DNA of 64,000 bases from Podarcis pityusensis (taxonomy: Eukaryota). The number at the start of each line of letters is the position of its first letter. Position 1 is the stretch's first letter. Position numbers and translations under genes: made by a program. The stretch is from the NCBI GenBank assembly GCA_964106645.2, contig OZ067038.1; one strand, given 5' to 3'. This document shows, one piece after another, positions 25,271 through 39,042 of the stretch. Below the pieces are notes generated by a model, which searched no databases, was not told the DNA's origin, and worked only from the letters and a program-made list of their open reading frames with translations.

Positions 25271-27819
25271 TATTTCTGTGTCTTCAGTTGTGGTTGCCAA
25301 GGGACAGTTGTTGCTTACCATTAGCAGTCAGATATGTTTCATATTTATACTGTAGTTTTTTTGCAGTTAGCATCATCTTGTAATGACTTTTGTACACAAA
25401 GGAACAATTAAAAGATGCACTTATCTATACTGTTTTGTGCTTACGGGGTGTTTCAAAAGAGTTGCCTGGACTTTAGATATTTAAAATATGTAGACTTTAG
25501 AAACGTGTGTGTGCAATTATGCATAGACTAGGAGCTGTTGATTTTGATCTTGAATCTCCTGTACATTTAACAGCAGAAAGTGTGTTCACAAAGCGGATAC
25601 AGTTCTGGCAGCTTTTTCCTCAAGAATGTTGTTGAACAAAATTGATTTAAGGTAGCTTTGACAATGAAATGAAGCAAATGACATTTGCATATGTCCAAGG
25701 ACATGAGGTTTTCTAATACTCATGTAATTAGGAAAAGGGTGTGGTAAAAATGAAGCAAAAGAATGTGCAAGCAATACAGTGTATGTGGAGAAAATGAACA
25801 TAATGATTACTACTGATTCAAGGAGCATTGTCAGTCACATGGTCCCCAAAATGCACAACCAGTTTGTGCCAACAAAGTATCCTTCAGAAGTGTATAATCT
25901 CATATGTTTTAATAAAAGCTGCTTAATTGTGTTACTTGTCCATAATTGCACTCCGCTCCCTAGCCTGGTCTCATGTCACAGGTGGTCTGGACTTTGACCT
26001 TACTATGGATGCCATTGGCTTAGCTGCTTTGATGACACGATGGCAGTTGAAGATGGATTAGTGGTATTGGGCTCCGATGTAATGATGGCCGTAGTCCATG
26101 ACAGTAGCAGCTGGTGCTTCCACACAGGTACACCAGTCATAACAAGCCAACATGGCACAATGGGCCAATGGAAAAGGTCTGGTGCATCAAAGAGTGGAGC
26201 CCACATAAAATGTTAAGTTCACTTCAGTTTTGCTGCTATTCTATGTGTTCATAAGTCCTCAGCCAGCAAGCAATGCGACCTGTATGTGGTATCAGACCAC
26301 CACAGGTCAACACAATGCTGACTGCAACTGTGGCACTATCAGAAGCATGAAGTAACCTAAGCACAGTGCAGGCACCTCAAGAAAGGGAGTTAAGTTACAT
26401 ATTATATGCATTGTGTGATGGAGGAAATAAATAGGTTGAATAATATTTTCCTCGAAAGCATTTGCCCATGTTATGCAAAGATCAAACCCAAGAGAAAGCA
26501 GACTACACAACCTTCTCTCACTCATACAGACAGAAGGGATTTCACAGCCATTCTTGCTCCTTCTGGCTCTTTCTCTGAATATCAGGTACCCTGTTTTTAA
26601 GCTTTGAAGGGTATTTGGCTGGCTACCAGTTCCTAGAAAGCATGTTTGCTTATAAAATACATACACTTCTTATTAGTGTTTAGTTTTGCAATTCTAAAAC
26701 ATAAAACACAGGCAGTCCCTTTAAGCCACCAGTGTAGTGGAGTGTGGCCTGATCCAAGGTAAGTCACAACAGGAGCGCTACCACCATGCAAATATACGGT
26801 AAAAAATTGAGAAATAGACCCCCAAATGCATGTTTGGGTTAAAAGTGAGTCCTGGGTCTGAAAAGGTTGAAGATGCCTCCTTTAAACTGAACAAAGGAAC
26901 TGTCTTGTAATACGTTAGGGGAGGGGACAGGAAGTGTCCCTGCATGTCAACTTTTCACTCTTTATAAATGAGCAGAGAAACAACTTTTCTCCCTCATTTT
27001 GTCTGCTCTTCATGCTAGTAGGCAAGTCTTTAGTTCTGTAAAACTAATGAAAGTTTTCAGGTGTTTCATTCCTATTTTCCTCCACAGCTTTCCTGGGCTT
27101 TGTTTCAGGGCCTGGGGGAGGAAGAGTTGTGAATGTGATATGACTCACTTGACTCCTACTCAACCAAATTCCTGTTCCGATTGGTTCTCACTTATGATTG
27201 CAGCTTGGCGCATGAGTTATGCGAGCTTAGCTTCCCCTTCTTTCCCTGCTGTTTTTGTTTTGTGATAAAGGACACGGAGCAAATGAATGCTAGCTCTCTG
27301 CTGCTGGCTTCCTTGAACTAGGGAACTGGTAGAAAATCACCCTTATCCCCGAACTTCATAAATATAGCTATAGAAAATAAAAAAGAGGCTGTCTGATCTT
27401 GTTCAACACAGTAATGTAGTCTCTGTGATGTTAATAGGTGGAGTCATTGTTTGGCAGGTGTAACTGGTTTCTGTTCTATTACTTCCTCTACATTTCTCTG
27501 CTTTCTGGAAATGTTCCTTTTGTTCCTGTCTCTGCTTGCTGACATAGCATTTTAAATAGCTTGATAACAGACGTGATGTTTCAGAAAGCAACCTTAAATG
27601 ACTGATCAATGGTTGAATGCACATATAAACTCAGATATGGAGCAGATTTCTTTGCTTGATGTCAGCTGCCTATATTTCATTTTCATGTGTAAGTTTTCAG
27701 GTAAAGTAGTCTAATAAATTCAGATAGTGCAACATGGTTCGATAAACTACAAACCAGTCTTTTAAATAGCCGCTTGCTTGGTTGCCTGATAAGAATCACG
27801 TAAAGGTAGCCAGACAAGG

Positions 27820-27899
27820 CACTGACGTCCACCTGTCTCGGGAGACAATGGAGGAGTGCGCCTTTTGGGGCAAAGACCAACTGTTGGGAGGTTGCTGCA
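27820..27899 (-). mobile_element. 80-bp RTE-type retroposon 3' fragment between 35-bp direct repeats
   Basis: Direct repeats 27785-27819 / 27900-27934 (30/35 identical); minus-strand ggcgcactcctccattgtctcccgagacag resembles RTE 3' ends as recalled. Confidence 0.5.
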
Positions 27900-29349
27900 C
27901 CTTATAAGAATCACCCATAGGTAGCCAGGCAAGGAAAATAACATACTTTCAGGCCACCACTGAGCCACAAATGGTCAGCATAAGTAAATGTGGGTTGGTG
28001 GGGTTCTAAAGTTAGGTAGTGACTGAATTACCTTATTTGCAAGTCAGAGATAAGCAGTCATTTCAGAGGACCCAAGTGCCTAGAAATGTCACCTAGATAG
28101 GTCAGGAGCCATAGAGTTCTAGAACAGATGACAGAAGTCTGGAATATACACCACTGTAAAGTGGTGGCGGCGGGGGGTGGGATGGGAGAACTTGATAAAA
28201 GAATGGACTGAGAAGGCAATGTCTGAGTGGATTGAGTAGGCAATGGGTGAGCAGTTGTAAGAGTTGGCCAATGGCCACCAAAGGGTATGGGGGCGGGGGA
28301 GAAATCCAAAGAACCGAAAACAGATTCTGCTGTAGCAGAAAACGTACAGAGTTAAAATTTGCAGGGAATTGGGTACTCTTAAGAGTTCAGGGTTATTGCT
28401 GTATGAAACACTGAACTACTTTTAAGACAAGAGTGTGGAAACTTTTTTTTGCTTGAGAGTGCTCCATTCTCTTACATATAATCTTTCAGGGACCTCATGG
28501 CAGCAGTGGGTGGAGATGGACACACTCATTCCTTTCTCCGCCCTATCTCTCATTTCCCCCTCCTTACCGCCTGCATGAAATTAGCCTGATAGGTTTGTGC
28601 AGGATTGAAAACCAGGCCGGTTGTTTGAACTGTGAATGTCCTGCTATGCCACATATTCTAGGATGAACTGTGTAGGAATAATAGTGCATGAGGGGATTTC
28701 AATTTAAGTGCACGTAACTTCTGGTTTGAGGGCTGTATTGTTATTGCTTGTCATATTTGATGGTTTCTGCATGCAGCCATTTGGGGGGGGAAATGAGTTC
28801 TCTAATGGATGTGTGCAGTGTTTAATTTTTTTAAAGGAGTTTTTAAAGTTGCCAATATTTGTTAATCCATCTTGAGATGCCTTCTGTAAGTGGGGGCAAA
28901 GTAGCTGGTAGCACTTTGGCCTAATGAGCCAGTATATTTTTTTCATTTATTTCCTTGATCTGAAACATGACCATACTTTTAGGATCCCTCTTGAATACTC
29001 AGAATGCATACTGAGGAGTTCATTAAGTAGCACCCAATAGGTTGAGAGAGCTCAATGATCCTACAGATATGTGTAACTGTAGTGCCATAGTTAATTGCTA
29101 AATGACATCTTGTTTGAAGTACATGTCTATTCTGCCACTGCCGCCTGTCAGTTACACTCTCATTGTAACAGCTACTGTATCACACATAAGGGACAGTGCC
29201 GACGCAGTTGGCTTGGACCACCTAGATTAATCCTTTGAAAGCCAGACAGTAAATGGATTTATAAACTATAAATTATAAACAAGTGTATAGAGTGTTTTGC
29301 AAATTAAATAATGTAATGCCTTGTATTTTTGTGTCTGTTTCCATGATAG

Positions 29350-29523
29350 AAAAGAGTGGTTGAACAGCTGCGGAAGAATTTGATGGTAAAGCAGGAACAG
29401 CCGGACAGTAAGTTTCAGATACAACCATTGGCACAGTCAGAAAATAAAATACAAACTCCACAGCCACTACAGCTACAGCAGCAGCAAACTACTGCAGCCT
29501 CTCCAAACCTGCTTGGATCACAG
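29350..29523 (+). CDS. PHF21A: PHF21A coding exon [17 protein letters not shown]...PNLLGSQ (174 nt, phase 0/0)
   Basis: gatag|AAAAGA acceptor; CAG|gtaaag donor; Q-rich N-terminal region. Confidence 0.95.
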
Positions 29524-31008
29524 GTAAAGTGGTTGAAGGTGTTACACTAATTTTCAAAATGTATTCCTTTCTTAGAATGAAATGTATCACTGTATAAAGA
29601 AGAGAACACAAAATCAGAGTTAACCTATCATAATCCAGGGCACACTTGCTAGAGAGTAAGTCATATTGAATTCAGTAAGGCTCAATTCTGAATCAACATG
29701 TGAAAGATTGTGCTGCAAAAGCTATCAGTAGCATTTAAGTGAAACAAGAGCACTTTATGAACTTGAGTCTAAGCATGGATCACTCCCCGCTTCCCCAGAA
29801 AGCTAAGTCAATTGCTGGATTTTGAAGTAACAGTATTATATGAATCTTGCATGCTTTCGTTTTTTGGCATCCATAGTTTTTTTAAGAACTGGATCAGAAT
29901 ACTGGATCAGCATTTTCTGCAAGGATAGGTGTCCTTCATTGGAAAATAATGTGGAATTGTCTTGAGTTTTCTCTTTTTGTGGAAATGATTGGCTTCAGAA
30001 GTTGTTAACTAGGGAACTACAAGTGTCCAGAGATCTTGGTTCAATATGTTTCAGCAGCATGAAACAGAATACCAGAAATAATAATATAAAACCAAACAGG
30101 CTATAAACAAAGAAATACATAGAAAGGATCCACATAAACTGCCCCCACTGTCTTCTCCCCACAAATACAATAACAGAGATTAATGTAGTTGCATCTATAA
30201 TTGCTGAGGGCATTTGCTGCAATTTCAGTAAGCTTGAATCACATAGTCAGTTTAGAAAGCTGGTTGCTTGAATTAGCAAAAAATAAGTTATTTGTGTGTA
30301 GACATTTGGCAGTCTAGCTTCTGATATATGGCTTATAATGAGGCAGAGGAGAGTAAACCCATCTCAACAGGGAACAACTATTCCTCTTTCTGTTCTCAGC
30401 ATGGTAGAGACTATACTCTAGAGACTGGGAAATCTTGGGGAAAATAAGATATTTAGAGAGGTCCTCAGAAGCATAAATGGCGTTGGTTTGATACTATCTG
30501 TTTTGAGAGCCACTTGACTGCCTCCTCCCTACAACTTTGGCCAGGGAGTGCCCTGAGTTTGGAGAAAGGTAAGCTTAGATGTTGTCTATTGCTCCTTCTC
30601 ACTAGAAGAAGATAAGCGATAAGCTAGCTTCTAGAGAGTACTGGAAGTGCTTTAAGGAAAATTGCTGTTGTTTTAAGCAGCATTGGGGCAGCCAAGAAAC
30701 TGAGCCTTTTCCTTGTGAGCAGTTATTTGCTCCCGCTGGCTCTTTGAGACCCTGTGGGCAGAACTAGCACAATGACGGGCTGTTACTGAAAATGGTGGCC
30801 CCTTGTTAAAGAAAACCCTTTCCCACCAGTAACATGCCATGACACTGTGTTTCCCTATCAGCAGCAAAATATATGGAGCAGAAGCAAGGAAGTGCACAGG
30901 GTGATGACATCTGGACAGATGCACAAGATGTTACAAAGGAGGAGCTTGACATGAGGCATTTGTTTTTGGCATTTATTTCATTTAGTTCTGTTCTTGGAAA
31001 CTTCATCT

Positions 31009-31230
31009 GGGGAGCCACAGCTCAGTAGCAGTGATGCTTTACATACACAAGGTCCCAGAGTCAACCTGTGGCATTTCCAAGTTAGGGTTGGGAAAGACTC
31101 CTGACTGAAATCTCTGGCATCTCCAAGTTAGGATCAGGAGAGACTACTAACTGGATTGCTTGAAAAATCACTGCTAGTTAGTGCAAATGCTAAGCTAAGT
31201 GCACTAGTGGTCTGACGTCATGTAAGGCAC
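31009..31230 (+). mobile_element. Degenerate tRNA-derived SINE (Squam2 / Anolis SINE2-like)
   Basis: agctcagtag A box, aaggtcccagagtcaa B-box region, ggcatctcca..agg..gggaaagactcctg body duplicated internally. Confidence 0.65.
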
Positions 31231-33019
31231 TGTGTTGGCCCTTTTGGACAGCAGCATATCAGGGCATCATTGCTATTAATATATACAATTTTATCTCACT
31301 CTTCAACTGAAGAAAGGGCCCCGAAAAGGCTTACAGAGATCAATCTTTGCCCTTGGGCTTACAACCGAAACTAAGTGACACTAAAGAGAATGGGAATTGG
31401 TGGGAAGGCGAAGTGGAAAGCCAACTCAGTCATTAGTATGTTGCTAAAAAGTTCTTATAACAACCAACTGGAATGGAAGTAGTTCAAGGACAGAAAGTAA
31501 GCAAAAACTGCTGCCCCTCCTTTCCTTCTCTCCCTTGGTTTCATTCAGCATGATGGAATGGGCATTGCTAGATCATAGCTGGGAAGAGAGAAAGCCTCAT
31601 GGGGCGGTGCACTTTCATCAGAAGAGGAGAAAGATCCGGAATGGCCTGCTATGAATATCCTACCATCAATTCATGTCTATACAGAGAATTGCAGGACAGT
31701 TGGTGGAAGACTTACTTTTTAGTTCGCAAGGCTTTGCTTTGTATGGGAATTGTTCACCTGGAAGTCGATATATATTACTGACTAGGACCACTTCAGATAT
31801 TGCTCTAGGAATTCAGAATTATTGGACTCTCATCTGACTTTTCCACTTGATGTGCTTTTAAAGTAACTGAAGCAAAATAATATTTAAAATGTGAGAGAGC
31901 AAAGTGTGCATTAACAAGTATATCTTTCAGGTAGATTGTGAGTCATTTTTTAATTATTGGTGTCTGCTTTTATCTAGAGTTTTGACTGTAAAGGGACACT
32001 CATGTTCTTCTCTGTACTCTGTGCTGTGCACTTTGAGATTAACTTCCAGGTCATTTCTGCATTTGTACAAAGTTATGTTCAATGCTAAAGAGCCCTCTAG
32101 CGACACTGTATTGAAATTGCTTCTACTCTTTCCTTGCCAGCATCCAATTAGGGTGTTTCTTAGAAAGCACTGAATCTGCAACCCGTTCCTTTAATGTGTA
32201 TAGAGAAAACCAAGTTATAACTTACGTTACACACACATGCATCTCTGAATTGTCTACTCGGAAATCTGCAATGCTTTCCAAATTAGTCTTCTTTAAAACT
32301 AGCTAAATATGTGCTTTCTCATTTGAAATAATTATAAACAAAGCATTTTCCACATTGTGCAACAACCACAATAAGTTCTTCAATAAGGGATTTTAGCAGA
32401 CCTGATTATTTTTAGTTGTGGAATGTGTTGTGTAAATCATAAGAACTAGTGAAAACACTGTCATAATAGTGATGCTAAAATGTAGTTGTGATGTGCTTTT
32501 ACTGATTATGCTGAAAGCCCCTCATTTTAGCCTTGATACTTTAGCTTTGAAGTATCGCAGGATATTGAAGGTGTTTCAACAATATAAAATTACATAAAAT
32601 ACCAATTCAATTAAATCTGATAATGAAAAAGGAACATTAGAGCAACAGCAAAAACAAAAAAAACTCAATTCAATATCAAATGCTTGGAAAATTCTGCTAA
32701 AGTACACATTGCATCTACTTTGCACCTCCGTGTTCCTGGTTCCATGTTTGCTGAGTACAAGCACACGCACCCTGCTGCTCCTGCTCAGTACATTGTGCCC
32801 ACTATTACAACTGTTGGTGCCCAAGGTTCTCAGACTCCTGTCTGCTGCTGAACAGTTAGTTCAACACTCTGTCAAGGGCATTTCCGGGCAAATTATCCTA
32901 AATTCCCTAGCAACCAAATGTCCATCTACCTGGATTCAGTGTTAGCCTGTTAACTCTTATCCATGTGACCACAGCCTACAAATACTGGTTCAAAACAAAT
33001 CCCATTTGACACTGCCTAT

Positions 33020-33189
33020 GACGTTTCCGTGCGCTGCTCTGGTTCGCCAGAAGCGGCTTAGTCATGCTGGCCACATGACCCGGAAGCTGTACGCCGGCTC
33101 CCTCGGCCAGTAAAGCGAGATGAGCGCTACAACCCCAGAGTCGGTCATGACTGGACCTAATGGTCAGGGGTCCCTTTACCTTTACCTTT
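33020..33189 (+). mobile_element. 5'-truncated Sauria SINE
   Basis: Close reverse-complement match to 1171-1340; ends in (ACCTTT)n. Confidence 0.9.
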
Positions 33190-33571
33190 ATGGCATCATA
33201 TAGGTACACTAATGTTTGGGGGACATGGAATTGACTAGAGACATGGGGACATTATATGCGCCAAAGCATGTACTATCAAGACATGATTAATTTCACACAC
33301 AGTTCACCAGTGGATTAAGCAAGCCATGGTGTGGTGTTTCCTGTGTGGTTGCACGTCTATATGTGGAAGGTTTATTGAAAGTATTTGTAAAGGAGTGGGC
33401 TGATTCCATACAACTTTGACAGGTAAGAAATTGGTGTTTTAAATCTTCCCAGTTGCATTTCCCTTGCATTTCAGCTTCTGCTTTCTCACTTGTGAATTTC
33501 TAGAGCAAACCCTGTCTGGTTTGCGATGAATAGGTTCCAAAGTGTGTGTTTTGTTTTGTTTATTCTCTTAG

Positions 33572-33826
33572 AAGACGGTAACTACAGCTTCTATGATCAC
33601 CACTAAGACACTACCTCTTGTCCTGAAAGCAGCAACAGCAACCATGCCTGCCTCCGTTGTGGGTCCAAGACCTACAATTGCCATGGTGACTGCCATCAAT
33701 AGCAACCAGAAAACTGTCCTTAGCACTGATGCACAGAACACGCCAGTCAACCTCCAGACAACAAATAAAGTCACTGGTCCAGGAACAGAGGCAGTTCAAA
33801 TAGTGGCAAAAAATACAGTCACATTG
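33572..33826 (+). CDS. PHF21A: PHF21A coding exon [19 protein letters not shown]...AKNTVTL (255 nt)
   Basis: tctcttag|AAG acceptor; TTG|gtaagc donor; overlaps ORF 33593..33856. Confidence 0.96.
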
Positions 33827-35059
33827 GTAAGCGGTCTTTGTTGCCTAGTGTTCTAAGGACGTGAGCCATTTTTAAAAATTTCCCTTGTTGAAACAGAGAT
33901 GCGTGCCCTTTTGGGCATATACAGGTATTGAGAAACTTTGTTTAATGTGAGAAAATACTTTTGCTCTAATGGGTTTCAATTTTTAAAATAATTTACTACT
34001 TTAACAAATGATTACTATCATATCATATTTTTCCTTGGTGTGCTGAAAGATAATTGACAATGCACCTTCACTCCAACTTTTTACAATGCTCTGCTTCCCA
34101 ATAAAGGCATGTAGGACCATGCATGGACTTACCTTGTTTAGGTTATGCTTTTAAATGTATGTTCCTTTCACTGCTTATATTAAAATTATTTTAATGAGGG
34201 TCACCAACGTTGTCTATTTTTGGCTGCTGCTGGACCCACAAACACATCATCCTGCATGACGGGATCTAGCCAGCATCTTCCTCAACCTGCGAACCAGTCT
34301 TTCTCAAGGGCGCTTTTGTGACTAACTAGCAACTCTGATAATCAGTTTCACAAAGTACTAAGCAGTTGAAGCCTGCAGAAATGTAAAAAGTAACTTGAGT
34401 GGAAAATATATCCTTGTGAGGGAGGCCAGGCATTTAAACGGAGTTTTGCTGTTTAAATAAGAATTGATCCAGAGCTGCAGCTGTAACGAAATCCATTTAT
34501 ACCCTACAGTATTTCATTCCCAAAGCAAATTACTGTATATGAAAACAGTGTTCTACACATTTAAGAGAGAACCAGAGTCCTAATGTACTAAATAATTTAT
34601 CTAGTACCTAACACTTATCCTTCCAGCATTTTTGAATATTATTGTTTATGCCCTCTTATCAAATATTTCAAAACATCCCCCCCCAAGTTATGAAGCCTTA
34701 GCACAATTAAGCATCATGTGCAGCTCCATTTGAATGGGCAGCCAAACCTGATTATTCTTTGTTGTTATTTGTTGCGCTTTGACTCGTAAAACAAAGAGGA
34801 GAATTCAAAAATGTCAAGCATAAGGGCATATTTTTAAAAATAGTAGAGGTCTTGGGTTTTACATGCTGGTGAAACAAAAGGATACTTAACTTCATTATGC
34901 CCATGAAATGCCATTTTATTTCAGAATGGCTTGAAGAGCAAGAATCTATTTACTGTGAGAAAGGTAGGCTGTGCCTGAATAGCTTTGAAGTTGCTCATCA
35001 CACCTATTCCCTTTGCTTAAATTTGTCTTCCTTCCCACCTGCCCCACTCTTATTGTTAG

Positions 35060-35149
35060 CAGGTTCAAGCTACACCTCCTCAGCCCATCAAAGTGCCACA
35101 GTTCATCCCTCCTCCCAGACTCACACCTCGTCCAAATTTTCTTCCACAG
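35060..35149 (+). CDS. PHF21A: PHF21A coding exon (Q)[29 protein letters not shown] (90 or 87 nt, NAGNAG acceptor)
   Basis: ttag|cag|GTT tandem acceptor; CAG|gtgagt donor. Confidence 0.95.
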
Positions 35150-37112
35150 GTGAGTTTGTCCAAAACAGGAAAATGGGTAGGAGTGGGGAGTTTGTCCTAA
35201 AAGTGTGACTTTGATTGGAAGAAGTACAACACCAGATGTTTCATATACTTGGTAATAATTGAACACTACCTAATATGCTTTCCAGATTAAATCTCCAGCT
35301 TTGCTATCATATTTTTGTTTCCCTGTCAGCTCTCTACCTTGCACTAGTTCTGTAAGAACTGAATTAAAGACGAGTTGATGAAGAAATGCCTTGCTTGTTA
35401 TAAGGTTATTGAGTGCTGAATATTTTTTATAGTTTCTTTGATTAAAGAGCCCCTATTTAATGTGAATCCTTAGCCTTTTTGCTAAGCAAAACGTAACTGT
35501 AATCTAATTAATATAGTTTCTAGCTTCCTGCTCCTTTCTTCCAAAGAGGAGCAGATTTTATCTAGAAATAATTTGAGCTGCAACTTTTTGAAAAAAATCT
35601 GATCTTTTACCCAAAGATGAAGGCATTATGTAATAGATTGTTTGCAGTATTTTAAATTACTAGAATTAATTTAGTTGCTCTCTCTCTCAGAGGATGCCAT
35701 CTGCATCTCATTGAAGCTACATCTCTTCTCCTACCCACACTGTTGATTTTTAATGTAGTTGTTATTCAAATTTCTAGTTGTAATGTCAACAATCATTACC
35801 CAGTTATGAAAGAGAAGAAAGCGTGAAAATATTAACTGCTGCACTATGCCCGTCCAATGCTCTAGTCACCTGCATTTAACCCAAAGAAAGTTAGATGGGC
35901 TCAAAAATGTAATCCCTGATTGGAGGAGAGGGCTGTGTAATTCAGAAACTAGCTACTCTTGCCAACACAGTTGATCTAATAATAAATTAGAATGCATAGC
36001 CATTTGTATCCAATTTAGACACCCTAGATTTTAGAAATACTTCAAATTAACAGACCTTTGAATTCCCCCAGATCTATCCAAAGATATTTTGGTAATGCAA
36101 TTGTATTTGATAACCTGCTTAGATTCCTCTCAACACTCAGTATTCCTTGAGAATATAGCATTGCAAGTTGTGCTTCCAGACCTGTGCTTCCAGAACCAGT
36201 ATATCCTTTTAAAGTATGATTAACATTGAATATGTGAAGATACAAAATGAACATACAAAATGTAACATACAAAATGATTGCAGTATTGTAGAAATGTACA
36301 AGAATGTGTGGTTAACATCTGCGCACTAGCAGTTAATGCATAGTGCAGCCATCACTAGCCTGGCAGCTTTCAAGTGTTTTGGACCACAATTCCCTTCAGC
36401 CACAATCACAATGGGATATTATGAAGGAGAATGAAAATCGTACTTCAAAACCTCTGGAGGACAGTAGGCTGTGGAAGGCGAACACAGTGCAACGGTCATA
36501 GCTGGAATTAAACAAGATTTGGGGCAGTTTTAAAAGTGTGGTAGGCCTGAAATGTACGTGAGGGTTACATTCCAGGGGTCTACATGCAAAGACAAACTCA
36601 TTCAACGTCAGGAAACCACACACCCAACCTGGAACTGCCTTCCTCTGCAAACAATTCCTACCCATCTTGATATCGGCACACTGAGCGGGCAAGATCTTGG
36701 GAGCCTTGCAGGGCCTTCCTGGACCCTCTGAGAGTCCTATAAGTAAGGCAGAGGGCTTAAAAACTCTTTCCATGGCAGGAAAACTGGGTGCTGAAATAGC
36801 CTTGTTTTCCAGGCTTTGGAAGGTCACATGAGGGCTCTGGAGGCTTTTGTAAGAGATTGTGTGGCCCCTTCTGATGGTTTTTTCCAGTCTCCCACCCGCT
36901 TTCTATTTATTTTTTGGCGAAGTATGCAAGGCTGCAATTGTGTAAGTTTTGGGCCTACTGTAGTTCTTTCCAGTGCAGATGTGTAGCACTATATAATACA
37001 AACACTACTGTAATCTGAGTCACATTTGTTGGCACAGCCATAAGTTATGTGTTAAGTACTATATCTTATCTATGCATGTAGTCTGATATGGGTTTCTCTC
37101 TCTCTTATGTAG

Positions 37113-37412
37113 GTTCGACCTAAACCTGTTGCCCAGAACAATATTCCTATCGCCCCTGCCCCACCTCCTCCTATGCTCGCTGCTCCTCAGCTTATTCAGA
37201 GGCCTGTGATGCTGACAACAAAATTCACACCCACCTCCTTACCTTCCTCTCAGAATTCCATACACCCAGTCCGTGTAGTGAATGGGCAAACAGCAACCAT
37301 AGCCAAAACTTTTCCAATGGCACAACTCACCAGCATTGTTATAGCAGCCCCAGGTACCAGGCTTGCTGGACCTCAGACTCTACAAATCAGCAAACCAAAT
37401 GTTGAGAAACAG
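37113..37412 (+). CDS. PHF21A: PHF21A coding exon [15 protein letters not shown]...SKPNVEKQ (300 nt)
   Basis: tatgtag|GTT acceptor; CAG|gtatta donor; overlaps ORF 37173..37427. Confidence 0.96.
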
Positions 37413-39009
37413 GTATTAGTAGTTTAAACTGTGAATTGTTTCCTTCTCCTAAAGTCAATAGAATTAATGGAGATACAAATGCAATTAACCATAACGTAAG
37501 ACCTGTCCTCTCATTGCCTCTCCTGTGGTTAGCAATCTTGTGTGACCGAGAGCAGGGCTGTGACCACTAGCCCTTCCATACCAGCCATCCCATCCCCTTC
37601 CACCGCCACTTAGACTGTCCATATGTTGGAGAAACCTGGGCAGGCTCCCTGCACAATTGGGAATAGGGATGGGTGGATCAGTCCATTTCCAGCCTGTGTC
37701 CATTTCCTGTGTGTGCTCATAGGCGCAGTCCATCCTGTTTCCATATTAAGCTGAGCAGTTTTTAAAAGACTGTCCAAAACTCTGCATTTAAATACATAAA
37801 TATGTATTTTAATATCAAAATATGTATTTAGTTGTGTATTTTCCAAACTGGCGTTTGGAAAGCCTATTTTATCCTAAAGCAAATTCCCATTTTTTAATGC
37901 ATTTTGACACTTTTTTTTTGAGCCAAGAACGATATTGCAAAATTTGGAGAAGTGCAAAATCCAAAGTATAATTTTGTTTCAATCTGTTTATTTAGTTTGG
38001 GAGGTGCATTTGCTTAAAAATGCAGGCCAAGTGAAATTTTCCTGCATCCCAAATTTATAATCCTGATTTCACTGGATTCTATATCACAGGGGGTGGATAC
38101 ACATATAGGGTAGGCTCTCCTGTTCAGAGGTTTCTTGCAATGTATGGATGGGGCAGGGTTGGCAGGAGAGGACGCTGGTGGACAAGCCAGCAAGTCACAG
38201 CACTGTTCTCTGTCTCATGCCAATTGTGAGATACAATGTGTGAATAGGGATGGTTGATAATACCTTGTTCCTCAGACAGGGATTGGGAATGTACCAATAA
38301 TTCATAATGAGTGAGCAGTTAATTTGTGATTTTATATATAGTACATCAGAATAATTAAAATTTAGTCATTTTGTGCTTTTTCTGCTGCTTCAGCATAAAA
38401 CATTAACCATCAAATAATATTTATCCATAATCTTGCTGACATTTATGATGAAGCAGACATGCAGATGACTTAATTACCATCAGTTTCAGCTAACCTTTTG
38501 TAAGTAGTTTATAACGCTGGACATTTGAGAATTTCCTCTAATTCCATCTATCAGATGTAGGCCTTTTTGTGCAAATGCACTTTAAACTGACCTTTGAGTC
38601 TACTGATCAAAAGCTTGCTTGGTTTCAGTCTTATAAGCTTGACAAATTTGCCATGAGCGGTTATTTTTTAAATAGACAGAAGTGTGTCACCTTTCCCCCC
38701 AAAACTTACGTTATCGTCCTCTCTTCAAAACACTCTGAAGCATATGCAAGGTGATATGGCACTGCAACAGGTGGCAATGTGCCAAGGCTGGCCACAACTC
38801 TAGGTTTCATAGAAGCAAGGACCTTCAGCAAAAACCCTAGGAAGAAAAGCCTATACATAGTACCAGTGCAGAGAAACCGCCTTTCAGCCCTTATGTACTG
38901 AGGAAGGCTGCTTCCAGTCTGGTCATGGCTTTTCTTGTCGTAAATAGGCAGAAAGTTTTCTCAAGTGTGAACAGAGCCAGACCTCTCTTTTCCACTTGCC
39001 AGTCTTAGG

Positions 39010-39010
<1 letters not shown>

Positions 39011-39040
<30 letters not shown>
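39011..39040. repeat. (AC)n microsatellite
   Basis: direct. Confidence 0.95.

Positions 39041-39042
<2 letters not shown>

Noticed and set aside
32690-32860. Coding-looking P/A/T/Q-rich stretch (…HPAAPAQYIVPTITTVGAQGSQTP…)
   Set aside because: No convincing acceptor/donor pair, ends in a stop, and does not match PHF21A as I recall it.
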